64,000 bases of DNA, taken from the human T2T-CHM13v2.0 reference genome, Homo sapiens. The position numbers and the translations under genes are program-made. This document shows positions 49,791-61,440 of the stretch, piece by piece. Each line of letters opens with the position of its first letter. Position 1 is the stretch's first letter. The notes beneath the pieces were generated by a model, which was given only the letters and a program-made list of their open reading frames with translations, did not search any database and was not told the origin of the DNA. Location of the stretch: the NCBI RefSeq assembly GCF_009914755.1, contig NC_060933.1; one strand, written 5' to 3'.

Positions 49791-52080
49791 TGTATTAATC
49801 TGTTTTCATGCTGCTGATAGAGACATACCCGAGACTGAGAAGAAAAAGAAGTTTAATTGGTCTTATAGTTCCACATGGCTGGGGAGGCCTCAGAATCATG
49901 GCAGGAGGTGAAAGGCCCTTCTTACATGGTGGCAGCAAGAGAAAATGAGGAAGAAACAAAAGCAGAAACCCCTGATAAAACCATCAGATCTTGTGAGACT
50001 TCCCCACTCTCAGGAGAATAGCATGGGAAAGACCAATGCCCATGGTTCAATTACCTTCTCCTGGGTCCCTCCCACAACATGTGGGAATTCTGGGAGATAA
50101 AATTCAAGTTGAGATTTGAGTGGGGACACAGCCACACCATATCATTCCACCCCTGGCCCCTGCAAATCTCATGTCCTCATATTTCAAAACCAGTCATGCC
50201 TTCCCAACAGTCCCCCAAAGTCTTAACTCATTTCAGCATTAACCCAGAAGTCCATAGTCCAAAGTCTCATCTGAGACAAAGCAAGACCCTTCCACCTATG
50301 AGCCTGTAAAATCAAAAGCAACATAGTTACTTCCTAGATACAATGGGGGTACAGTATTGGGTAAATACAGCCATTCCAAATAAGAGAAATTGGCCAAAAC
50401 AAAAGGGTTACAGGGCCCAAGCAAGTCCAAAATCCAGTGGGGTGGTCAAATTTTAAAGCTCCGAAATGATCTCCTTTGACTCCAGGTCTCAAATACAGGT
50501 CACACTGATGCAAGAAGTGGGTTCCCATGGTCTTGGGCAGCTCCGCCCCTGTGGCTTTGCAGGGTACAGCCTCCCACCCGGCTGCTCTCACGGGCTGGCA
50601 TTGAGTGTCTGAGGCTTTTCCAGGCACACAGTGCAAGCTGTTGGTGGATCTACCATTCTGGGGTCTGGAGGACGGTGGCCCTCTTTTCACAGTTCCACTA
50701 GGCAGTGCCCCAGTAGGGACTCTGTGTGAGGGCTCCAACCCCACATTCCCCTTCCACACTGCCCTAGCAGAGGTTCTCCATGAGGGCCCTGCCCCTGCAG
50801 CAAACTTTTGCCTGGGCATCCAGACATTTCCATACATCTTCTGAAATCTAGGCAGAGGTTCCCAAACCTCAGTTCCTGACTTCTGTGCACCCACAGGCTC
50901 AACACCACGTGGAAGCTGCCAAGGCTTGGGGCTTCCACCCTCTGAAGCCACGGTCAGAGCTAAATGTTGGCCCCTTTCAGCCACAGCTGGAGCAGCTGGG
51001 ACACAGGGCACCAAGTCCCTAGGCTGCACCAAGTCCCTAGGCTGGGACTCTGGGCCTGGCCTACAAAACCACTTTTTCCTCCTAGGCCTCTGGGCCTGTG
51101 CTGGGAGGGACTGCCGTGAAGTTCTCTGACATGGCCCAAAGACATTTTCCCCATGGTCTTGGGGATTAACATTAGGCTGCTTGCTACTTATGCAAATTTC
51201 TGCAACTGGTTTGAATTTCTCCTCAAAAAATGGGTTTTTCTTTTCTACGGCATCATCGGGCTACAAATTTTCCAACTTTTATGCTCTGTTTCTCTTTTAA
51301 AATGGTATGCTTTTAACAGCACCCAAGTCACCTTTTGAATGCTTTGTTGCTTAGAAATTTCTTCTGCCAGATACCCTAAATCATCTCTCTCAAGATCAAA
51401 GTCCCAAAATCTCTAGGGCAGGGGCAAAATGCAGCCAGTCTCTTTGCTAAAACATAACAAGAGTCACTTTTGCTCCAATTCCCAACAAGTTCCTCATCTC
51501 TATATGAGACCACCTCAGCCTGGACCTTATTGTTCATATCACTATCAGCATTTTTGTCAAAGCCATTCAACAAATCTCTAGGAGGTTCCAAACTTTCCCA
51601 CATTTTCCTGTCTTCTTCTGAGCCCTCCAAACTGTTTCAGCCTCTGCCTGTTACCCAGTTCCAAAGTCACTTCCACATTTTCAGGTATCTTTTCAGTAAT
51701 GCCCCACTCTACTGGTACCAATTCACTGTATTAGTCCAAATTCACGCTGCTGATAAAGACATATCTGAGACTGAGAAGAATAAGAGATTTAATTGGACTT
51801 ACAGTTCCACATGGCTAGGGAGGCCTCAGAATCATGGTAGGAGATGAAAGGCATTTCTTACATGGCAGCAGCAAGTGAAAATGGGGATGAAGCAAAAGCA
51901 GAAACCCCTGATAAACCCATCAGATCTCATGAGACTTATTCACTATCACGAGAACAGCAGGGGAAAGATTGGCACCCAGGATTCAATTACCTCCCCCTGG
52001 GTCCCTCCCACAACACGTGGGAATTCTGGGAGATACAATTCAAGTAGAGATTTAGGTGGGGACACAGACAAACCATTTCA
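49791..52080 (-). mobile_element. Complete THE1 (ERVL-MaLR) element: LTR 49791-50144, internal 50145-51726, LTR 51727-52080
   Basis: Two ~354-bp direct repeats tgtatta(a/g)tc...ccat(a/t)tca. THE1-int sequence between them (ORF remnant 50334-51032, EVWEPLPRFQKMYGNVW). 5-bp TSD cggag/aggag. Confidence 0.93.
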
Positions 52081-52189
52081 AGGAGTATGTAGAAATATGA
52101 CAAATTATGTATTAAATTAATTGGGGAGATCAAAATAATATCTATATTAAAATTGTAGATATTTTTAAAACACATATCAAGTACCACTT

Positions 52190-52640
52190 TGCCTTTAAAA
52201 AGAGAGAAATCTTGTCATTTGCAACAACATGGATGAATCTGGAAGATATTATGCTGAGTGAAATATGCCAGGCACAGAAAGACAAATACTGCCTGATCTT
52301 ACTCATGTGTGGAATCTAAAAGAAGGTGAACTCAAAGAATTAGAGAGTAGAACAATGGTCACCAGACGCTGTGGGGTGGAGAAGAAGGGAATGGTATAAA
52401 GGTATAAAGTTTCAGACAGACAGGAGGACTAGGTTTACTGCAATTAAGATTACTACAGTCAAAATAATGTACCATATATTTAATAATAAGTAAGAGTAAA
52501 TTTCAGATGTCTCAGTGTAAAAAATGATAGGTAAGTCAGATGATGGATAAGTTAATTAGCTTAAATAGATCATGCCACATTGATCTATATCAAAATATCA
52601 CATTATACTCCATAAATGTGAATAACTACAACTTGTTAGA
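52190..52640 (+). mobile_element. L1MA-type 3' end
   Basis: aaatcttgtcatttgcaacaacatggatgaatctggaagatattatgctgagtgaaatatgccaggcacagaaagacaaatac. Confidence 0.8.
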
Positions 52641-52641
<1 letters not shown>

Positions 52642-52679
<38 letters not shown>

Positions 52680-52724
52680 CATACATACATACATACATAC
52701 ATACATACATACATACATACATAG
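52642..52724 (+). repeat. Compound (GATA)n(CATA)n tetranucleotide STR
   Basis: Seen directly, at the L1 tail position. Confidence 0.93.
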
Positions 52725-53374
52725 AGGTAATAATTGGACACAATATTGGGAAATGATTTCAATAGCCAATATGAGTAAGGGATAGGATTAACCCTTCAAT
52801 TTCCTGCAGCAGTCTAGATAAACTTTTCTTTGCAAAGATAATAAGCTATTTAAAAAAGGAGAATATGGGCACGAAGGATATTAAATTCTAGCCTGAATGC
52901 TCCAGAGACTTTCTGAAGGTAGACTAAGAAGATATCTGTGCTCAGGTACGATACTCTGCTAAAGAAAACATGTAGATACTTAATGCCATGTTTTAAAAAT
53001 GCATACCATCTACTTAAGGAAGAAAATTTACCTTAGATGGACTGGAAAACTTCAATAACATTGGAAGAGATCCCTCCTCTTGCAGATGGATCTCATTTTT
53101 GATAAATAGACTCTCCCCAACCCAATCTAAAGTGTCCCAGCCCACCCACAGGCGTCTGCCTGGCCCAGGAGCTGAGGCTGAGAGCATGCTGCCCACAGAA
53201 ACGGGGACTTGCCACCCAGTGCTCAGCCTGTTCTCAGAAGCTGCAGTTTCCTTCCTCCATCCTGCCATTGACCTCAAATTGAGGAAGGAAAGTAGCCATT
53301 TGATTGCTGCTGTTTCCATTTCTAGCTCTCTAAATTTAGCTGCTAGACTTTTTGACCTGGCCTTCTGAGGCCAG

Positions 53375-53608
53375 GCATAATATCTTCCAGTTTCATCCAT
53401 GCTGTTGCAGATGATAAGATTTGTCTCTTTTGAAAGCCAAGTAGTACTTGATACGTGTTTTCAAAACGGCTACAATTTTAATATGGGTATTATTTTGATT
53501 TCGCCACTTAATTTAATATATACTTCAGCATATTTCTACATACTCCTTGACATGGTTTGGCTGTGTCCCCACCCAAACCTCAGCTTCAATTGTATTTCCC
53601 AGAATTCC
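53375..53608 (-). repeat. Inverted copy of 52020-52254
   Basis: Reverse complement aligns across the THE1 LTR end, unique flank and L1 start. ORF-track peptides 51987..52187(-) and 53399..53659(+) are near-identical. Confidence 0.9.
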
Positions 53609-53834
53609 TACTCTGAGAACTTTGTATTTTTCTATTTTAGTTGTTTTGTGTTGAATTGAAGGCATTTCAGCACAGAAACTGAAATTCTCCAGAATGTCGG
53701 ATTCTGGAAACTCCAAAGTTTAAGGATGAATACAGAGCTCCTGGTTTTTTCAAGTTCCCATCAGATTTTCAGTTTGAGTTTTTGTCCAACAAAGTGGTTC
53801 ATGTTGCTCAAATTCCCATCTCCTCCGCTTACCT

Positions 53835-56530
53835 TCATTCACTCATGCAACATTTGACAAACATTTACTAAGTATCTACTGTATGTCAGGCACTCCTCTA
53901 GGCACTGGGACAACAGCATGAACAAAGCAGATAGAGGTATCTGATTACCTTGCTGTGGGAAGAAACAACTTATAACCAGAATACATAAGAAAAATAGTAA
54001 ACTAGATGGTGATCCAATTATCTGAGGGGAAATAAGCAGGGAAAGGAAAAGGGGGTGTTGGGAGTAAAGATGACTGTTGCAATTCATTACATAGAATCAC
54101 AAGAAATTGCCATCTTGGAGGTCATATATTACTTTTGAACTACTGGCAATTTCATGTGATTTAATCTGCATTGGTTTTCTACTGTTGCATAACAAATTAT
54201 CACACACTTAGTGTTCTCAGCAAATAATGCAATGAGTACAAAGATCCTCAGGGAGTCATATGCTTGGACTGTTGAAGAACAGCCATGAGGTCTTAGTAGC
54301 TGGACTGGAGACCGAAAGTAGCAGGATTTCAAGTCAGACAGCATTGCAAAGTGAATAGATCACACAGGGACCAGTAAGCAATGGAAAGGATTTGACTTTA
54401 ACTCTGAGAGTATTGAGAACTCAATAAAGAATTCTGAGCAGATTTTGGCATGATCTGACTTACAAACTGACAGGAACACTTGCTGCTGTGTTGAGAACAC
54501 ATGAAGAGAGGCAAGGGCAGAAGCAGGGAGACCAGTTAGGAATCGGCTTCCGTAATCTAGGCAAGAAATGATGGTGGTTTGGACCTGGGTAGCAAAGGAG
54601 GTGGTGAGGAGTGACTGGGTTCGGAGTATATTTTGAAAGTAGGACTGAAAAGACTGCACATAAGGTAAAAGAAAAGTCAAAAATGACTCTGCTATGTTTT
54701 GGATTTAGTCTGTCCCTGCACAAACTCATGCTGAAATTTGATTCCCAATGTGGCAATGTAAGTCATATGGACTAGTGGGAGGTCTTTGAGTCATTGAGGC
54801 TGGGGGGGATTCCTTCATGGACAGATTAATGTTCTCCCATGGAGGTGAGCACTTGCTCTCTCAGGAATGGATTCATTCCTGCAAAAAAAGGTTCTTAAAA
54901 AGAGTCTGGCTTCCTTGGTTTCTCTTGCTTCCCCTCTCCCAATGTGATCTCTTTGCAAACTTCACTCCTCTTCACTCCCCTTCTACTTTCCACCATGAGT
55001 AGAAGCAACAAGAGGCCTTCACCAGAGGCAGCTGCCCAATCTTGAACCACCCAGCCACCAGAGTCATAAGCCAAATTAGCATCTTTTCTTTATAAATTAC
55101 GGAGTCTCTGGTATTCTGTTTTAGCAACACAAAACAGACTAAGATAGACTTCCAAGGTTTTTGACTTGAGCAACCAAAAGGATGCAATTGCCATTCATGA
55201 AAATAGTGACGACTGCAGGAAGAGCAAGCCTGTGAAGGAGATACCAGTAGCTTTGTTTTAGTCAGGTTAAATTTTAGTTGCGTGTTGACATCTGAATTGA
55301 GATTTCAAGTAGACGGTTGGGTACACAAGGCTGGGGCCAAGGGAGACATCTAGCTAAGACAGAAATTATATATTCAGCTAAACATAAGTCCACACTGACA
55401 TCTCTGACCTTAACCCAGTACCACAGAGTTCATTCTAGCCTTCCTGTCTTGCTCATCTGTAACTTTACTCTCTGACAATGAGAAACCTGGTCCCACCAAT
55501 GAAGATCATTCTTGACCTTGACAGAGGAATTTCTGTGAAACAGGGGAACCTAAAGCTTGGCTGGAGTGTGTTTCAAAGAGAATGAGAGAAGAGAAATTGG
55601 AGTCAACAACTATACGTAAACAGTGGTTCCCAACATTCAGTATAGATCACAATCACCTGCAGGCTTGTTAAAGCACAGATTGCTGGGCCCACACCCAGAA
55701 TTTTTGATTCAGTAAATTTGGAGTAAGGCCCAAGAATATGTATTTCTTACAAGCTCCCAGATGATGCTAATGCTGCTGGTACTTATACCACACTTTGAGA
55801 ACCACTAGACTCACAGAATTTTGCTTGACAAGGAAGACAAGAAATGGAGCAATAGATAGATGGTGAAGTTTTTTGAGGTGTGTGTGTGTGTGTGTGTGTG
55901 TGCATGCGCATGTGTGTGTGTGTAGGCAAGTGGTAACAGCACATTTGTAGTCTAATGAGAAGAGTCAAGTAAAGAGGAAAAGAATACTGTTTCAAGAGAT
56001 GGGGATAGTGGAAATGGTAGGGAATTGCTGGAGGAAAATCCTTGAGCTGGTGAGAGGATAGAATCAGTGCCGAGAAAGGACAGGCCTGAAAGGGCAGCAT
56101 GTTCAATTCATTCTTAATAACTAGAGGGAAAGTAGAGTATATCAGAACAAATGGAGGTAGATGAGAGGTGGCACCGGGGCCTTGTGAAGTCTCTTTTCAT
56201 TGTCTCTCATTTCTCAGTGAAAGAATATGTAGTTATCCCCTGAGAGAGAGGCTGGAGGAGGCAGCGTCAGAGTTTGGAGGTTAAAGAATGCAAAGAATCG
56301 CCTAAGAGAAGGGAGAGTAAATAGATTAGAGAAATATAGAATGATTGCTACGCAGCATTATGAGCCTTCTTGGGGTGAGTGGTCAGGAAGTGAAAGTGAG
56401 ACAGGCATGTGTGGCTGTGTTTTTCTTCCAGCCTGGTTCAGCAGCACGGGAACAGGCGTGGAGTAAGAGCAGAGTTGGATTTGTGCAGGATGTGGTTTCT
56501 CAGGGAAAGGCAATGAAGCAAGAGAAAAGC
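53835..56530. mobile_element. Long L2 remnant interrupted by an MST/MLT1A-type LTR (~54690-55145) and a MER5A-like element (~55621-55807)
   Basis: L2 tail cattcactcatgcaacatttgacaaacatttactaag and gcagaagcagggagaccagttagg. LTR end agcaacacaaaacagactaagata. MER5 ends cagtggttccc...ctttgagaaccact. Confidence 0.75.
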
Positions 56531-57149
56531 CAGAGATTTGGCTTGTTGACTATAATGAAAGCACTTTCCATTTCTGTTTGGCCTTATGAAATATTCAATA
56601 AAAAATACTTTCTACATTTATCTTTTCCTGTTATTGAAGCAACAATAATAATTGCAATTTTAAAGGCTGTGACCATCATGGAAATGTATTTATAATACAG
56701 TGTTATTGAACAAAGGTAGGAATCAAAACTGGGTCTATCCTGGGATTGCAGAAAAATAAAAATGACGGAAGAATGTGGACAATGGTAAGTACAGGGATGA
56801 CTGAAAAGAGTTTTATTCATGTAGTGGTGAGATTGTGGAGGAATTTCTTTCTTATTTTCCTATTTATTTATGTTCAGTTTAGGTCAATAAACATTAATTG
56901 AGCATCTATTAATGCCCATCATTGTTCTAGGCTCCAAGAGCACCAAAAAAAAGGAAGAAGATTCAGAAAAGAAGAAAGAGGAAGATGGGAAGAAGATGGT
57001 GGAGAAGGAGGAGAAATTATAGTTTTATTTTTCACTTAAAAAGCCTATAGGCTAAGAATGATATTGCCATGTTTTTGTTTATATAACAAATCATTATACT
57101 AAAAATTTTACCATAAATGTGGCAAACAGGATTTTAGTGTCTTTAACAG

Positions 57150-57467
57150 ACTACATTAGTTATATTCTTTTGGTTATAAGTAAGAATCTTACTAAAATTA
57201 AGTTAAGCAAAGCAGGACACCTGATTGTAAGGACTGGATCGCAAAAACCTAATGGCAAGAAATAGTGGGACCCCAGGAGCAAGCTGGAAGCAGAGACCTG
57301 AACACAACTAGTCTCTCTGCCTCTCATCTCTACTCTTCTGTGAGTGTTGCCTTCATTCCTCTCTCTTGCTGCATCCAGCTTCCTCTCCTCCTCAGTCCAT
57401 ATGGCAAAAAATGATGACCTTGAATACCTTTACTTGTTACTGGTCCAGTAATTAGGAAAAGAACGAT

Positions 57468-57498
<31 letters not shown>

Positions 57499-59345
57499 CC
57501 CCTGACCCCCCACCTTGCCACCCATAGCATTCCCAGCTTGAGTCAGACATCCATTACTAAACTGATGAAATAGTAAAAGCGTCCAAGAAAGGGATTTTGG
57601 TCAAGTTTGGGTCAATCAAAAGTGACAAAAGGGCTGTGTTGTTTTCAAAACATGGCTGCTGAGAGTTCCACCACTGTAAGCGTGTGATTAAAAAACAAGG
57701 AGGCTATTCTAAAAAATAGCAAGGCTATTACCCCAATAAGTATACATTCCTTCTCTTTTCTACTCAACATATATACACCCTCTTCCGCTACACATGAAAT
57801 TCCAAATATGACCTTACTTTATGTAACACAACCATCTTCTCCCTAGTGGCAAAGCCACACCCAGCTACTGCACCCAAAGGAGATTTCACAGAACCACTGC
57901 TCTCCATTCAGGATCTTCAGGTGATGTCCATTATTTCTTTAGTGTAATTTCCATCTGCTCCAGGTATGACCCTTTCTGATTTTACAACTGGCAAACAAAA
58001 TGATAAGTGTGATCAATGTAACCAACTTCTACCCTATATACAAATGTGGAGGAAAAACAAAATAACTACCAAAAAAAATCCAAATGGGCACTAGCCAAAA
58101 ATACATATTTTACTCTTTTTATTAGAGATAATAAACTACATTAAATTACTGGTGTATTTCATGGGTCACTGATAAGTTCCATTCGAGAAGAACTCCATTT
58201 AATAGTACTCCATGACACAAATCTTTTCATCACCTTTAAAGTCCTAGGTCTGCTAAATGGTACTCCAGGGACAAGGCCATGACCATGCAGCTTGTTTCTT
58301 AGCAGAAACACTGAGGAATTTTCTCACCTTCTTTGTATCTATTTAAGGACCTTGGTTTGGGGCCACACGTGGGAAACTATTAATAGAATGTGGGGTAGGT
58401 TAGCAAGGTGGCTTTCTCTCAGATTACACTGGCTGATTGTCTCTGTACCTAAGGCTCTATTTTGGTCCAGGAAGCTGCATCCCTTAGTCCAACAGAGGAC
58501 CTAGAAAAAGGGGTATCAGGAAACCCAGGACCTCTAAGATTTTCCTTTCTAATTGTTGATTCTCCAACTTCCCCATAAAAACCTCAATCTTAGTTTTAGA
58601 GATGGGGAATAACAGAGAGTCCAGCTGTTATTACTTACCAGATGTGATTTTCTAGCCCAGTCTCAGTTCACTGGGTACTAACAGGGAAGATGTTTCTTCC
58701 TTGTTGCATCCTTGATCTCTCGTTCTGTGTCTACTTTCATCCAGGCTCCTGGGACTGAAGCTCGCCACTGACTGCAACATCACCCTGAAAACACAGAATG
58801 CAGCCTTGCTGCCTCAAGTTGAAATCATCCCTTAAGTTCTGTTACTCACAATGCCTGCTCCCTAGGACCAAGCTCTCTATTAGTCAAGATTCTATTAGTT
58901 GTATTTGAAAGACATCCTCTCAAAGAACTTAAGGGAAAAAAAAGAAGGCTGCGAGAGAGTGAAACTATTAGCAGGAATGAAACCCAATTTCGATAATGAA
59001 CTAGAACGAGGGGTTTAGTCCTAATCAAACCTCTGCCTCCCATATGTACTCTTCCAGTCAGCTTCACTGATACCTCTTGCTGCAGAATGGTTTTCTCTAT
59101 TTTTCAGGCAACATGATGTCAAATGTGGCTTCTGAGAGCTTCTGAGTTAATGGGTTACTGGCCCATGTGACTGGAGGAAAAGCAGCTCTTTCTCAACCCC
59201 CAGTTGGTCAGATGGATCAATCAATGGTAGTTAGGAAGCCCAGCTCACTCCTTATAAATGTGACTAGGGAATTCTCCCACTATAAACTATGGAGAATGGA
59301 GGTGGGAGAGTTCTCATATTAAGAGGGGATATACTTGTTCAATAA
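57150..59345 (-). mobile_element. Possible very old ERVL-MaLR provirus: two related LTR-like segments (~57150-57740 and ~58878-59345) with an internal remnant
   Basis: Both segments open with ttagt...ttct...gtt(a/g)ta and later share ctctgcctc and gag(a)ttc..ccact(g/a)taa. Alignment by eye only. Confidence 0.35.
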
Positions 59346-59349
59346 ACAC

Positions 59350-61440
59350 ACAAAACTGTATGCCAGTGAATTGGATAACTTAGGTCAAATAAATTCCTAA
59401 AAAGATGTGAACTACTGAAACTGACTAAAGAAGAAATAGACAAATCTGAATAAACCTATAACAAATAAAGAGATTGAATTACTAGCTTTTAAACTTCCGA
59501 CGAGGAAAAGTACAGGCTCAGATAGCTTCGTTGATGAATTCCTTCAAATGTTTAAGGAAGAATTAATACCAATTTTTCACATACTCTTCTAGAAAATAGA
59601 AAAGTAGGGAATTCTTTTCAACTAATTCTATTGGGCCAGCATTACCCTGATATCAAAGCCAGACAAGCCAGGCACATTGGCTCATGCCTATAATCTCAGT
59701 GCTTTGGAAGGCCAAGGCGGGAGGATCACTCGAAGCCAGGAGTTTGGGCAATATAGCAAGACCTCATCTCTACAAAAAAAAAATAAAAAATTTTCTAAAA
59801 GCCAGACAAAGACATCATAAGAAAAGAAAATTACAGATCAATACCTCTTACAGTTATAGACAAAAAAATCCTGAACGAAATACTAGCAAACAAATCCAAC
59901 AACATACACAAGGATTAATCACCATGGCCAAGTAGAATTAATCCCAGGAGGGCAAGATTGGTTTTGTAGCCAAAAATCAGTTAATGTAATATACCACATC
60001 AACATAATAAAAGACAAAACCATATGATCATCTCAATAGTTGCAAAAAAAAAAATTGTCGAACTCTACATTTTACCATGGTAAAACTACTCAGGAAACCA
60101 GGAACAAAAGGGAACTTCCTTCACCTAATAAAAAGTATCTACAAGAAAGCCCACAGCTAACATCATACTTTTTGTTAACTTTTATTTAAGTTCAAGTGTA
60201 CATGTGCAGGTATGTTATACAGGTAAACTTGTGTCATGGTGTTTGTTGTACATATTAATTCATCACCCAGGTATTAAGCCTACTACCCACGAGTTATTTT
60301 TCCTGATCCTCTCCCTCCTCCAACCCTTTATCCTCCAACAGGCCCAAGTGTATGTTATTCCCCTCTATGTGTCCATCTTAATAGTAAAAGATTAAATACT
60401 CTCCCCCATGATCAATAATAAGATAAGGATGTCCATTCTTACCACTTCTATTTAACATTGTACAGGAGTTTATAGCCAAGGTAATTGGGCAAGAAAAAAA
60501 TAATAAAGGGCACCCAGATTGGAAATAAGGAAATAAAACTACCTCTATTTTGACATGATTTTATATACAGAAAATCCTAATGAATCCACTAAAAAATCTA
60601 TTAGAACTAATCAACAAGTTCAGCAAGGTTGCCAGCTTAATATACAAAATATGCACTATCGATTGTATTTCTCTATGCTAGGAATGAAAATCTAAACATT
60701 TAAGAACACAGTTTCATTCACAATAGTATCAAAAAATAAAATACTTCTTTTTAAAACAACTACAAATTCTTAAAAGTAAAAAACATTGCTAAAAGAAATT
60801 AAAAGCCTAAATAAATAGAAAGACATATTATCCCATGTTGATATATTGGAAGAATATTATTAAGATGGCAATACCCTCAAATTGATCTATAGATTGAGTA
60901 CAATCCCTATCAAAAGCCCAGCTGACTTTTTTTTTCCAGAAACTGGCAAAATTCTAAAATACATATGGAAATATAAAGGACCCAGAGCAGCCAAAATCAT
61001 CTTACAAATAAAGTTGTAGGATGCACACTTTCCAATTTCATAAAAGCAATAGTAAATAAGACAGTGTAGGTACTGGCATAAGAATAGACATGTAGATCCA
61101 TAGAATAGAATCAAAGTTCACATATAAACCTTCACATTTATGGTCAACTGATTTCAACAGAACGTCAAGACAATTCGATGAGGGAAAGAATGGTCTTTTT
61201 AACTAACAGTGCTGTGACCACTGGATATCTATCTACACAAAAATAAAGTTGGACCCATTCCTCACCATATATACAAACACTCCAAGTGGATCATAGACCT
61301 AAATGCAAAAGTTAAAACTATAAAACTCTTCGGAGAAAACATAGGTAGAAATCTCTGTGATCTTGGGTTAGACAAAGCCTTCTTGGATATGACACAAAAA
61401 GCACAAGCAACAAAGGGGGAAAAGAACTGGACTTTATTGT
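59350..61440 (+). mobile_element. L1M ORF2 segment containing a FLAM-type Alu monomer (59667-59797) and a short antisense L1PA 3' fragment (~60170-60377)
   Basis: RT-region DNA (ggccagcattaccctgatatcaaagccagac). Monomer TSD AAAGCCAGACAA at 59655-59666 and 59798-59809. Confidence 0.85.

Noticed and set aside
50334-51032. 232-aa ORF as a novel gene
   Set aside because: It is the THE1 internal ORF remnant present in many copies, with no evidence of exon structure.
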